Shown here: positions 27,010-41,225 of the stretch, one piece after another
Position numbering within the stretch: position 1 is the stretch's first letter
Layout: every line of letters begins with the position of its first letter
Assembly: GCA_951406725.2 (NCBI GenBank)
Contig: OX597830.1
Span: 7,874,001 to 7,938,000, forward strand
Direction of reading: 5' to 3'
DNA length: 64,000 nucleotides
From: Octopus vulgaris
Taxonomy: Eukaryota
Position numbers and translations under genes: made by a program
Notes under the pieces: generated by a model
Told to the model about the DNA's origin: nothing
The model's input: only the letters and a program-made list of their open reading frames with translations
Database searches by the model: none

Positions 27010-27233
27010 TGTGTGTGTGTGTTTGTGTGTCTGTATTTGTCCCCCTAGCATTGCTCGACAACCGATGCTGGTGTGTTTATGTCCCCGTCACTTAGCGGTT
27101 CGGCAAAAAGAGACCGATAGAATAAGTACTGGGCTTACAAAGAATAAGTCCCAGGGTCGAGTTGCTCGATTAAAGGCGGTGCTCCAGCATGGCCGCAGTC
27201 AAATGACTGAAACAAGTAAAAGAGTAAAAGAGT
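26812..27233 (+). mobile_element. SINE family A, well-preserved copy embedded in (TA)n
   Basis: Full head, central block, internal microsatellite and tail. Confidence 0.9.
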
Positions 27234-27473
27234 ATATATATATATATATATATATATAGTATAATTATAAACTGGGTAAATTTTAGTCATTTCTCCGCAG
27301 ACTGAAAAATATGATGAACAACCTTAATCGAACCTTATTGGGTCCTCATCAGAGGCGTCTAATCATTCTTACAGTCTCCAGAGACCCAAACAGCCAAACA
27401 GTTTATATACTTAACAAATGCAGCAGTTACTCTATGAAGGAGCCCCTAATTTGCATACCGAAAGTGGTTAACA

Positions 27474-27506
<33 letters not shown>

Positions 27507-27615
27507 AATATATATATATATATAAATATATATATATATAGAGAGAGAGAGAGACAGGCAGACAGACAGACAGACAGAAAGAACGAAAGAGGGAGGGAGG
27601 TACGGGTAGAGAGGT

Positions 27616-27682
<67 letters not shown>

Positions 27683-27845
27683 ATTTGTCTTTTGCATCAC
27701 TAAATTCATTTTCTTCATTGTTCACTTATTTTGTTTGTTTTTTTTTTCACTGCATATTTCTACCTGTTTTCAGGCTTTGATGTGTCTTGATTTTGTGCAT
27801 AATATATTTGCTTGTCTCTTTACCTCATGATCTTACACATGGTGC

Positions 27846-27881
<36 letters not shown>

Positions 27882-28676
27882 CTGTGTATTTATATGTATG
27901 AAATTCGGCACAGAAATATCAAAAGAGTAAAAAAAAGCAAGCATCAGAGAGTTTAGTATATAGATGATAGAGAAACCCTTGGACGAAAAATAAAAAGAAA
28001 AGAAAAATAAAGAGATAAAGTAGAAGAAAAAATAAATAAAAGATGAAAATTTGAATTCCTTTAAAGCCAACAGCAGACACTTGCCACTACAATAATAACA
28101 ACAAAAATGACATCGACAACAATAACAACCGGTTTCATATTTGCATTATCATTGATTTCCTAGTACATGTTGCATAGCCATGTCGGTCAATTGTCCAATG
28201 CAATGTGATAGGGTTTCCTCTTTAGATAACCTAACAGAAAAGAAAGAAAGAAAGAAAGGATATAGAATATTTGTAAAGATAAAAATTTATTTCCACAGAT
28301 ATAAATGAATGTGTGTACAACTGGATGTGTTCCTGTTGTTGTTGCTGTTGTTTGTTGTCATTTAGTGATTGCAATTGACGTTTTGTGTTTGCTTCATATT
28401 GCTACAAAAATGTGTTAGGGTGATCAGTCAAGGCAACAGCGTATATATCTTCACGCTACTACATATCTTCACGCAACATATCTTCACGCTACTACGTATA
28501 GCCTTATTTGCTTCGAGATACACCGTTCGAATATATTTATTATTATTATAATCATTATTATTATCATTATTATTATTATTATTGACATACACTGCGAAGT
28601 TTCGGTTTCATCGTCTGATCTATCTATCTATCTATCTATTTATCTATCTGTCCATCCATCTAGCTAGCTACCTATA

Positions 28677-29178
28677 TTCCTTCTTGAGCCATGCCAGGCC
28701 CATAAGGGCCGGCTTCCCGGTTTCAGTGGTGTAGAAATTCCCCACCTGGACGGAACGTCGGTCCGTCGCAGCGTTACTCATTTTTGCCTGCTGAGTGGAC
28801 TGGAGCAAACGTGAAATGAAGTGTTTTGCTCAAGAACACAATGCATCGCCCGGTCCAGGAATCGAAACCACAACCTTACGATCATGTGTTCAACACCCTA
28901 ACCATTAAGCCACGCGCCTCCACAAATAAATGCGCCCTTTTAAAGCCTAGCCAGGCTCATGGAATCGGTTTCTCGGTTTCTATGGCGTATGTGTTCCCTA
29001 GCTGGACGGGACGCCAGTCTAACGCAGCGTTACTCACTTTTGCCAGCTGAGTGGACTGGAGCAACGTGAAATGAAGTGTTTTGCTCAAGAACACAACGCG
29101 TCGCCCGGTCCAGGAATCGAAACTACAATCTTACGATCATGATGCTGACACCCTAACCACTAAGCCACGCGCCTCCAC
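28677..29178 (-). mobile_element. Two tandem SINE family C copies (about 28677-28924 and 28935-29178)
   Basis: Minus strand head GTGGAGGCGCGTGGCTTARTGGTTAGGGTG..GTTTCGATTCCTGGACCGGGCGA with A and B boxes. The central block is shared but the 3' tails differ. Confidence 0.85.
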
Positions 29179-29718
29179 AGCTACCTATCTATCTGACTCT
29201 CTACCTACCTACATATCAGTCGATCTATCTATCTGCCTGTCTATCTGTCTATTTGTGAGTGCATCTCTCTTTTCTTCTTTCCTCTCTCTTTCTTTCCCCT
29301 TCTCTCTCTCTCTCTCTCTCTCTCTCTACATTGTTATATGTGCGCATGTTTTGTATGTGATGTGTGCATGTGTTTGTATTTGTGTATGTGTATGTGTGCG
29401 ATGGTACTTCTGGGCATGCTTGTATGTTTGCATGAGATGACTGCACGTGTATGCGGGTGTATATAATCGCGTGTGCGAATAAGCTCAATTGTATGTGTTT
29501 CTGTGTAAACGAACGAACGCGCCTCAGTGTTTACGTGCTCTTCGCTGTTGTCTGTGTGTGTCTACGTGTGTGTATACTGAGTGCATACGTCTTTGTGCGT
29601 ATGAAAATTTAAGATTGTGTGTAGGTCACGTTAGATATAGTTCAAAAATAAAGCCTAATGAGATTATCCAAAAGGTCATATATATATACATATGTGTATA
29701 TATATAATATATATATAT

Positions 29719-29750
<32 letters not shown>

Positions 29751-30099
29751 CTATATATATACATATGTATATATATATAATATATGAGTATATATATATA
29801 TATATATACGTATATATATACCATATATACATATATATGTATGTATATGTATATGTATATATACACATATATTTGCATATATACATACTTATATATACAA
29901 GTGTTTGACAATGATAATTTGTGATAAACTAAATGCATACATAGACACAGATACTCATATAACAAACACATGGCATTCACACAAGGCACATGCACACACT
30001 TGCACACACTTATATGTATGCGCGTGTGCCTATCTGTATATAAGCGTGTATATGCTTGAACGCATGTATGTGTTGATGTATTTACTCAAATACTCGTTA

Positions 30100-30160
<61 letters not shown>

Positions 30161-30329
30161 AGTACGTATATATACATATGCTTGCATGTATGTATGTATG
30201 TATGTATAGTGTTGTAATATTTTAAAGAACCGCTGCAGTCTGAAAACCCATGTGTAAAACCAAAGCTAAATAAACACACATAAACACTTTTAAGTTATAT
30301 TTCGATATTTCAGTTTAAAATGTCATTCT

Positions 30330-30960
30330 AAAAAAATACGCAGATTGAGTGCGGCTCAGCTCTACTCAGCTGTATGAAAACATTTAGGAAATGAGTATGA
30401 GCTTGTTCAGATTGACAGTGCGAAATTAACCAAGAAATCTCTTGCAACACATCTCTGTTGTTGATTGTTGTGTTGGGTTTTTTAATAATAATGACCTCAT
30501 CTACTCTCAGATTTCCAGTATACCCTACTGTGTCAGTACTGAAGGTCATGATAACCTCGCCACTGATAACCTTGCTACGGAATCTCTTTTCGTATTCGAA
30601 ATAGAATGTGCATTGACATAGTTCAACAGTTTTCCGTGTAAAACACAGAACAAGTATTACATTCGCTGTGGTACATCGCCTAAATCCCTAAACACAAGTC
30701 CATCATATTCACAAGGAAGTTAGACGGCGTACATACGTGACTGCTGTGAGACAACCAACTCCTCGACTGACATTTATTCAGGGAAAGCCAAAGTGCTGTA
30801 GTTGTAGCTCTAGCCTCACCCTTTCGATCACCTCGTGTATTGCAGAAGCTTTCAAATGCGGATGCTGTCAAGGACAAATTCAATTTTCTTTCAGACAAAA
30901 TTTATTGAGGGAAGGTGAAGAGCTGTTAACTCTGTTATCCTTGAGCACTCTTAAGACTTC
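30330..30960 (-). pseudogene. Possible decayed Penelope-like ORF C-terminus
   Basis: NLRVDEVIIIKKPNTTINNRD resembles the PLE terminal motif L...E...I....P.LN. The rest is unalignable by eye. Confidence 0.3.
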
Positions 30961-31032
30961 CTTAGTTGATATTTTTTAAAACATACACTGCACTCTGTAA
31001 ACATCCCCACACAAACACACATATATATGTGC

Positions 31033-31872
31033 AGGCGTTGCCGTGTGGCAAGACGTTTGCTTTTCAACCACATGGTTCCGGTTTCAGTCCCACTGCGTGA
31101 TATCTTGGGCAAGAGGCTTCTCGTATGGCGTCGGGCCGATCAAATTCTTGAGAGCTGATTTGGTAGATGGAAACGGAAAGAACCCCGTCGTGTGTGTGTG
31201 TTTGTGTGTGTTTGTGTGTGTTTGTGTGTATGTCTGCGTGCCTTTGTGTCTGTGTTTCTCACCCCATCACCGTTCGACAACCGGTGTTGGTGTGTTTATG
31301 TCCCGTAAAATTGCAGTTCGGCAAAAGTGACCGATAGAATAAATACTAGGCTTTAAATAGATAATTCCTGGGATCAATTTGTTCGATTAAAACCTTTCAA
31401 GGTGGTGCTCCAGTATGCCTGCAGTCAAATGACTGAAACAAGTAAAAAAGATAAAGAATATATATATAAATGTGTAGGGGTGGCTGTGTGGTATGTAGCT
31501 TGCTTACGAACCACATGATTTCGGGTTCAGCCCCCCGCGTGGCACCTTGGGCAAGTGTCTTCTATTGTAGCCTCGAGGCGACAAAGCCATGTGAGTGGAT
31601 TTGGCAGACGGAAACTGAAAGAAGCCCGTCGTATATATGTATGTATAAATATGTAGGTGTGTGTATATGTTTGTGTGTCTGTGTTTGTCCCCCACCCCAA
31701 CATCGCTTGACAAGCGATGCTGGTGTGTTTACGTCCCCGTAAATTAGCGGTTCGGCAAAAGGGATCGATAGAATAAGCACTAGATTTACAAAAGATAAGT
31801 CCTGGGGTCGATTTGTTCAACTAAAGGCGGCGCTCTAGCACCAGTAAAACCAGTAAAAGAAAGAACACACAC

Positions 31873-31929
<57 letters not shown>

Positions 31930-32216
31930 TTTACTTGTTTCAGACATTTGACTGTGGCCATGCTGGAGCACCGCCTTTAGTTGAGCAAATCGACCCCAGG
32001 ACTTATTCTTTCTAAGCCTAGTACTTATTTTATCGGTCTCTTTTGCCAAACCGCTAAGTTATGGGGGCGTAAACATACCAGCATCGGTTGTCAAGTGATG
32101 TTGCGGAGACAAACACTGACATACAAATACACACATATATATACATATACATATATATGCTGGGCTTCTTTTCAGTTTCCGTCTACCAAATCCACTCACA
32201 AGTCTTTGTTCGGCCT

Positions 32217-32224
<8 letters not shown>
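31033..32224. mobile_element. Cluster of three SINE family A copies (31033-31458 +, 31476-31865 +, 31930-32224 -)
   Basis: Direct and inverted similarity to 26812-27233. Confidence 0.9.
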
Positions 32225-32267
<43 letters not shown>

Positions 32268-32573
32268 AACATGAGTGAGCGTGTGTAAGATCAGAATTAA
32301 ATCAGATGTGTAATGTACGTATATAACACATTCTTAGCCTCTGGTTCTTTCATTTAATCTAAATAACTGATGCATTAACAGTGTTCTGTAACCATGATAT
32401 AGAAAATATCGATATATATATATCCATATACTTTTAGCCACCATTGCTCAAATAAACTGACACAAATAATTTATTATTTTATGAGTTTCAATCATGTGTT
32501 GAGATTTCATCAGGGACCATCTCCCGTTTGTACATGTCCACTGGAACACCACATATAACATCTGCCTATATAT

Positions 32574-32674
<101 letters not shown>

Positions 32675-32898
32675 CATACAAACATATATAGACATACAAA
32701 TATGTGGAACGTCAACATGTATTGTTGACGTTCCACGTGTTGCCTTGTTACCTTCCACTTTTTCTGTCCGAAAGGAATTTTTCAAACCAATATTTACATG
32801 CTATTCTGTGTAGTTTTATATGCACCTCAAGAAACAAATTCCAAGAAGAAGAAGGATACAGAAACAACAAACAAATATGTGTGTGTGTGTGTGTGTGT

Positions 32899-32965
<67 letters not shown>

Positions 32966-33221
32966 ACATATATATACATATATATAAATATGAATATATA
33001 TATATACATATATACATTTACATATATATACATATATAAATAAATATATATATACATATATAAATTTACATATATATACATATATAAATATATATATATA
33101 TACATACATATATATATATATGTATATATATATATGTATATATATGTATATATATGTATATATATATATATTTAAATACATGTATGTATATGTATATATA
33201 TGTATATATGTATGTACATGT

Positions 33222-33269
<48 letters not shown>

Positions 33270-33403
33270 GTATGTATATATAGGTGTGTGTGTATGTATG
33301 AATGCATGTATGTATGGGGTGTGTGAGTATGCATAATTGGACGTACATCGAGAGAATGTTTGTATGGCTGCTAATGCCACTGCTAATGTCAGTGTACGGT
33401 AGG

Positions 33404-33445
<42 letters not shown>

Positions 33446-33547
33446 TCGGCCTGATCACCACAGCCCCGAACGTCCGTGCGTGTGCATAAAATCAACTGTT
33501 TAGGTAACATAAGAACGCTTAACTGCATGTATATCTGCTGTAAACAC

Positions 33548-33583
<36 letters not shown>

Positions 33584-33700
33584 GATGACGACGACCACCA
33601 CCACTACGACGACGACGATAATGATGATGATCATTATCATCATGATGATGAAGATGATGATAATGGTGATCGTGACGTGTGGGAAGATGGCAATGACGAC

Positions 33701-33732
<32 letters not shown>

Positions 33733-34179
33733 CGACGACGATGATAACGAAGATGATGATGATGTTGACGATGATGATGATGATGATGATGATGATGCTG
33801 ATGTTGATGATTATGATGATGATGGTGATGAAGATGATGACGAAGATGATGATGAAGATGATGATGGTGATGGTTGTAGTATTGGTGGCGGTGGTGGTAG
33901 TAGCGCTGGTGATTGCAACGATGAAGAAGGTTGTAGTGGTTGCGTTGGTGATAAAGATGACGACGATGAAGACGAGTACTGCAACGATGATGGAGACGGC
34001 AGCGATGGTGGTGATGATTGTAGTGTTAATGATGAAGAATTTGTGATGGTGGGGGTCGTCGTCATCGTTTATGTTGCTGCTGCTGCTGCTGCCAGTGAGA
34101 TTAAGAACATGGCGATGACGGTGACGACGATGCCGAGAAGTTGCATTGATAGGTAGTGGAAGAAAGACAATCGTGATCA

Positions 34180-34225
<46 letters not shown>
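33548..34225. repeat. Degenerate (GAT)n/(GAC)n/(GGT)n trinucleotide field
   Basis: Open in several frames on both strands, as expected of a simple repeat. Confidence 0.9.
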
Positions 34226-34226
<1 letters not shown>

Positions 34227-34926
34227 ATGGATTTCGTGTTTTGGGGACAAAGCGTAAATAAATAAATATAAACAAACTAAATATAAAAATACATAAATAT
34301 ATAAGACAAAGTTGAATGCAGCCTCCTCCACCCCTTCTCCACCATCCATACGCCACACACACACACACACACATGCACACATACACACACGCCCCATATA
34401 CCCCCTCGCACCCTCACCTTTATCGATCTCTAAGTTGAGTTTAGTAGCCTATCATTACTGCAAGTCTGTCAACATGGCAAGTGCAGACGTAACAAGTCGA
34501 TCAATTATGGCCCAGATTCGGTTTGTTTTGTCTTTATTTTATATTTTATTCTATATATTTTTTGTAAGATATTTTCTTTTTGTTGTTTTTGTACCTTTTT
34601 TTCTTCTTCTTTCTGTTTCAATACGCAGTGAAGAAACGCCTATTTAATGTGTGTATATGTGTGCTTATGTCTATGTGTGTATGTTTGTATTTATATGTGT
34701 GTGACCGTATGTATATGTATATATATGTATGTATGATGTATGCGTTTACGCATGCATGCTTGTTCGTTTTTATGTATCGATGCGTCTAAGTTCTGTGTAT
34801 GTATGTATGGTTACATGTGGACGTGTTTATATGTATGTATATGTGTGTATACATATTTCTCTTAATGTGTGTGTGTGCGTGTGTGTGTGTCTATATATAC
34901 CAGTATATATGTGAACGTGTTTATGC

Positions 34927-34967
<41 letters not shown>

Positions 34968-35013
34968 CCTTTGTAGCTATCTGTCTAACTATCTATAATA
35001 TTTATATTGTGTG

Positions 35014-35055
<42 letters not shown>

Positions 35056-35073
35056 TTATTTTCTTCTATTTAG

Positions 35074-35146
35074 TAGAATTATTCCTAGAAGGAGCTAGTT
35101 TCTTACAAAGAAACCAACTTCCATTGCTGGAATTTTGGTAACAACG
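35074..35146 (+). other. Candidate short non-coding (5' UTR or lncRNA) exon
   Basis: Acceptor TATTTTCTTCTATTTAG| followed by 73 nt of unique sequence and a consensus donor ACG|GTAAGT. Stops occur in all three frames. Confidence 0.3.
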
Positions 35147-36064
35147 GTAAGTGTTACATGTAAAGCTTTAGAAAAGTTTTGCATATTTTTACTCTTCCGC
35201 TTATATCTTGCATTATAAAATGCGCGTTAACTTGTTTCTTTCTTCGCCAAAAAGCATTTCCGAAGCTTTTTCACCTTACACATTTACTAACAGAATCTAT
35301 TAACCCAATAACTATTGGAACCTGTTTGCATGTCTGTGTGTCTCTTCCACTCTCCTCCCTTCGGCTCTCAAATCTTGATGGAGTCGTGGGTACCACCATG
35401 GCACACCGTGTGTCCTGTCATGGGGGCTTGAAACCCGATAGAGTCCTTTTCCCTCAAGTTCTGATAAATGGTTTCTTCCGACGAAAAGAGTGAAAGTGAG
35501 AGAAAAAAAGAAACAGAATCAGTGACAGAATAAGGAGAATAGAATTCAATACAGCAACTTTTTCTATCGACCCCAAAATGATGAATGGCAAAGATAACCT
35601 CAACAGAATATTTCGTGTTCTGAAGCTCACACCAGTTTAGCGTCTTGTGTGTGTATGTGTGTGTGCGTATGTGTGTGTGCGTATGTGTATGTGTGTTTTG
35701 TATGTGTGTGTTTGTGTACTTATTTGCATGTATGTGCATATACACATTGCTGTATCTATGCATGTATGCATGTACTTACGTATATATAAATACATGTGTG
35801 TGTATGTACAGTATATACATATGTATATATATATACATATATTTATATATATAAATATATGTATATATATACATATGTATGTGCATATACATATGGAAGT
35901 ATCTATGCATGTATGCATGTACTTACGTATATATAAATACATATGTGTGTATGTACAGTATATACATATGTATATATATATACATATATTTATATATATA
36001 AATATATACATATATATGTATATATATCTATATACATATATTTATATATATGTTTGTATGCATG

Positions 36065-36116
<52 letters not shown>

Positions 36117-36169
36117 TATACGCATGCATATATATACATATATGTACATACGCCTTGAAGAATTCTTAG

Positions 36170-37080
36170 TTAAATTAATCGACTCCAGTACATTTTGAAA
36201 GACTGGTGCGTACCTTATCGAACTCTTTTGGCGAACCGCTCAGTTTCGAGGATAAAGACAACACCAATTGTCAAGCGAGGAAGGACGAACACAAACAAAA
36301 AGCACACACACACACATGTGGGTGGGTGGCTGTGAGTGGGTGGGGTGCGTATCTCCAATATCCACTCACAAGGCTTTGGTCGGCCTAGGGCTATATTTGA
36401 AGATCCTTGTCCAAGGTGCCACGCATTTGGTCGGGAAACAAACTTGTTGCGACACAGCCGGGCCTGCGCCTGTATCCAGCTTGTCAAACCTGTCTTAAGC
36501 GAAACACTGTTCTCTTTGCAGGGTTTGATCTCGTTCCAAGATCATTTGTTTGATGCTAGCCTCATGGATTTATGTGAATTGCTTTCACACATTTCTTCTG
36601 TTCTCTTATAACAGCGATAAAAGTACGAAGGCCGCAATATCGGGTTAGCTTCATCTTTTTCAATTGTGTTTGTTTGAGATCTAAATGCTAGGGTAACACG
36701 AGAACGAATACGGTTTGGTAATGTGTACCATGCTTTCGCTAATTGTTTTGGTGCCTGTGTAATCACAAGCAAAGATATCTTTTTTGCTTTGTCTCTCTTT
36801 GGTGCAGAGACACATCCAAGATTTTAAAGCTGAAACACAAAGAACTACTCCAGTACATTTTGAAAGACTGGTGCTTACTCTATCGATCTCTTTTGGCGAA
36901 CCGCTCAGTTTCGAGGACGTAAAGACAACACCAGTTGTCAAGCGAAGAGGGAAGAAGACAAACTAAAAGCACACGCACATGTGAGTGCGTGTCTCCAATA
37001 TCCACTCACAAGGCTTTGTTCTGCCTAGGGCTATATTGGAAGATCCTTGCCCAAGGTGCCACGCATTTGGTCGGGAAACA
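36170..37080 (-). mobile_element. Two decayed SINE family A copies sharing private deletions (about 36170-36470 and 36840-37080)
   Basis: Both share ACTCCAGTACATTTTGAAAGACTGGTGC, TCTCCAATATCCACTCACAAGG and GGTGCCACGCATTTGGTCGGGAAACA. Confidence 0.8.
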
Positions 37081-37850
37081 CTTTTTGTTCATTTTCAACT
37101 GAGTAGACCGGAGCAGCTTGAGATGAAGAGCCTTGCTCAAAGATACAACGCGTAGAGTGATGCAGGAATCGAAACCACGATATTAGTATCGTGAACCGAA
37201 CGCTCTAACCACTTGACCACACATTTTCACCGAGATGTTGATAATAATGACACTTAAGATGTCCCACGCTGTCAGCCAAGTAAGTACTTCCAAGGTCTGA
37301 TTTTCTTCAGCATCGGGGATCGGACGAGAACCGGTGCATTCAACACGAAATCACCACAACTAAAACAGATGACATATTTTAATGTATTCATGTATTGTAA
37401 AATTGTTTACTACAGCAGAAGAAACAACAACATCAACAACAACAGCAACAGCAGCAACGAAAAGATGGCGACGGCGGCAGCAGCAACAATAGCTACAGCA
37501 ACGACAGACGCAGCAGCACCAGCAGAAGCGTAGCTGCAACAAAGCAACAACAAGGATTTAGGTGTTGTCATAGCAACAAAACAATCACAATTAGTGGGGG
37601 AATGTTATGGCCACCAGCTTATCGCGATTAGAGTGGCATCACGTGTCATTAGGTAACCATGGATTTCAAGCAGAGAAAGAGAAGAGGACTGCAATATATA
37701 CATACATATACATATGTGTGTGTGTGTGTGTGTGTGTATATGTATGTATGTAATTATAAACACACATATATATATATATACAAACACACACATACATATA
37801 TATGAGTGTATATATATGTGTATATATATCATTATTTATACATATATATG

Positions 37851-37885
<35 letters not shown>

Positions 37886-37890
37886 GCATG

Positions 37891-37950
<60 letters not shown>

Positions 37951-38173
37951 TAAGATAGATAGATACATAGATAGATAGATACATACATACATACAGAATT
38001 GACAGTTGAAAGACAGTGAGTATTGTCATGGTAACAAACAAGTTTTGCAGGAATGTTAATTGAAGATATGCGAGACAAGAATATAAGTATGGCGAAAGGG
38101 AGAGCAAAAACAACAACAACAACAAATACGAATGGAAAACTTCGAAATCAATTAATTAACTCTCAATGCACAC

Positions 38174-38239
<66 letters not shown>

Positions 38240-38776
38240 AACTACAACTACTGCTATTATTTGCTATATCAATGTAGAATGTATTGCATTTTCACTCATG
38301 TATGTATGTATGTATAATTCTTTAACATACATACACACATATACAAATTAAAATATATAAATATATACATACATTAATATATATGTATATATATATGTAA
38401 AAACATGTGTGTGTGTATCTGTGTATCTGCATGTATGTATATATATATACATGTATCTCTGTGTGTGCATGTGTATGTCTTTGTGTATATATATATATAT
38501 ATATTGAAGAAGCAACGCTTTGTGGCGTTTTCCCGTTGTCTTACCATCCTCTATAATAAATCCTAAATATACTTATTTATATATTCTGTTTGCTTATCTT
38601 ATAGATATATGAAATTTTATTTTTATTTCTTTGTTTATCCATCAGTGGCAAATACATAAATCTTCTTTATCACATAACTTAACACACATATACACACATA
38701 TATCAGAGTATATATATATATATGTATATATATAATCATACATTGATAGGCAGACAGACAGATAGACAGGCAGATC

Positions 38777-38920
<144 letters not shown>

Positions 38921-39059
38921 TAGGCACTGACTTCGCTGTGTGGTCAGAGGTTTGCTTCCCAACCACATGGCTCCGTGTTCATTCCTACTGTGCCGCACCT
39001 TGGGCAAGTGTTTCCTACTATAGCCTCAATATTGCAAGATCTTTTGTAGGCAAAGTCTG

Positions 39060-39655
39060 GATAGCGAGGGAAGCTTCTGGCTGGAATGTATGAAATGTAT
39101 CAAAGAAGACATTTTTCACGAGGACATGAGTCGAATGAAACGAAGTGTGGCCAAATAATGTTTGCAAAGATAGAAAAAGTGTTTGATCTGTGCGGAGCGG
39201 TTACACCCCACACGAACAGAGCACGTTTTGGTTCTTCTCTGATGAAAAAGCTCTGATTAAAAAACTACCAATACCAAAAATGTAACAGGAGGAATGCCAG
39301 AAATTTATGTACAAACTCTTCTATCCCCAGAGTGATTTACACTTAATTTCCATCAATTGGGAGTCTTTAGGGATGATCAGCAACGAAGATCATGTCATAC
39401 CACCTGACATCATTGAATGGCGTCTTAGGATTAATGCTTCTGGATATGTTGAGCAGTTGAAGACAACTGTTCAACTCTTTCTTTCAACGAGGCTCAGTAC
39501 TTTCTCACAAAGCACAAGTAAGCCAGGAATGAATATCAGACAGTCTTCATGATCAGGTAACAACAAACTTTAGGCTCCAAACTCGCCAAATTTAAATTCT
39601 GTGGACCACAGCGGTTGGAGCATCGTTGGAAGAGACGCTGGTCGACATCCTCGCT
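39060..39655 (+). pseudogene. maT/DD37D-like transposase remnant
   Basis: WFFSDEK..LGMISNEDHVIPPDIIEWRLRINASGYVEQLKTTVQ..FQRGSVLSHKAQVSQE*ISDSLHD..PNSPNLNSVDHSGWSIV, with frameshifts. Confidence 0.75.
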
Positions 39656-40283
39656 GTATCATAGTTTAACTGAAAAGAGATAGACAGACAGTCAGACACA
39701 GACACACAGACAGGCAGACAGACACACAAACAGACAGACAAGCAGGCAGGTATGCAGATAAACAGAGAAGGTATCAGATACTCGATGGTCTTCCTAACTG
39801 GCTTCAGAAACTGACCGACTGAATATTGTACGGGGTCAGGCGGGAGAGGAGAAGATTGCTAGAATTTAATCAACCTTTGTTCTTGGGAATAAGGTACAAG
39901 AAGAAGAAGAAGAAGAAGAAGAAGAAGAAGGAGAAGGAGAAGAAGAAGAAGAAGAAGAAGAAGAAGAAGGAGGAGGTGGAGGAGGAGGAGGAGGAGAAGA
40001 AGAAGAAAGAAGAGGAGGCATCTCAAGTGAATCCGAACCTTTTAGTGGAGGCATGTGAAGTCCCGCATTGAATCTGTCATCAAAGCTGAAAGGGAATTCA
40101 TTAAATAATCGGAGAAAACTTATGAAGAATATTTTCGTTAAAATAGATTTGGTTTTTGGCAGATTACAATTGTTTTATTAAACTGCCAAATCGCCCCTCG
40201 CTCGTAACCCATGCATGTTCTACACATAAGTTTTGATAAGAGACAATGGCCTTTGGGTCACTTTGTTGCTTCTGCTAAAGGTG

Positions 40284-40660
40284 CAGGAGAGGCTGTGTGG
40301 TAAGTAGCTTCCTTACCAGCCACATGGTTCCGGGTTCAGTGCGTGGTACCTTCGGCAAGTATCTTCTGCTATAGCTTTCGGACCGACCAAAGCCTTGTTA
40401 GTAGATTTAGTAGAAGGAAACTGAAAGAATCCCATCGTATATATGTGTGTGCATGTGTGTGCGCGCGTATGTGCTTGTCCCCCCACCATCGTTTGACAAC
40501 CGATACTGGTGTTTCTACGTCCCCGTAACTTAGCGGTTTGGTAAAAGACACCGATAAAATAAGTACTAGGCTTACAAAGAATAAGTCCTGAGGTTGATTC
40601 GTTCGACCAAAGCGGGAGCTCCAGCATGGCCGCAGTCAAATGACTGAAACAAGTAAAACA
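40284..40660 (+). mobile_element. SINE family A
   Basis: Similar to 26812-27233. Confidence 0.85.
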
Positions 40661-40784
40661 ATAACAGAATATACTCATATTTTGATTAATATTTTTCTTG
40701 TCTGCATCACCGTATGTGTGTGTTTGTGTGTATGTATATGTATATGTGTGTATATATGCATATTTAAGCTTATACATATATATG

Positions 40785-40816
<32 letters not shown>

Positions 40817-41082
40817 AAGGGGTTTGTATGATTGTGTATAGAGGGATATATATTATTCAAAGAAATTCCAACTCTGTTTTTTATATTTTATTTATATTCT
40901 TTAAATATTAATGTAGAATATAGAGTATATAGTATAAATAATATATATATAGTGCAAAATGAAATGAATGAGGTATTGATTGTCTTATTGAATAGATGAA
41001 ATATTGAATATCAAGTATTAAGGGACTAGTATACTTCCTTGCATTAAAGCAGTCTTCAAAATCCCAGGTTGTGACAGGAGTG

Positions 41083-41164
<82 letters not shown>

Positions 41165-41225
41165 ATGGTATTATTAAAATACCATCACGAGTGGCAAACA
41201 AATTATCAGCCGTACAGGCAAATTA

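Noticed and set aside
29100-29178. tRNA gene-like sequences here and at 54351 and 60624
   Set aside because: They are SINE heads that run into a shared repeat body, with no clean acceptor stem or poly-T terminator.
33476-34156. 226-aa Asp-rich ORF resembling acidic biomineralisation proteins
   Set aside because: It is a degenerate (GAT)n tract open in several frames on both strands, with a non-ATG start, no signal peptide and no convincing splice sites.
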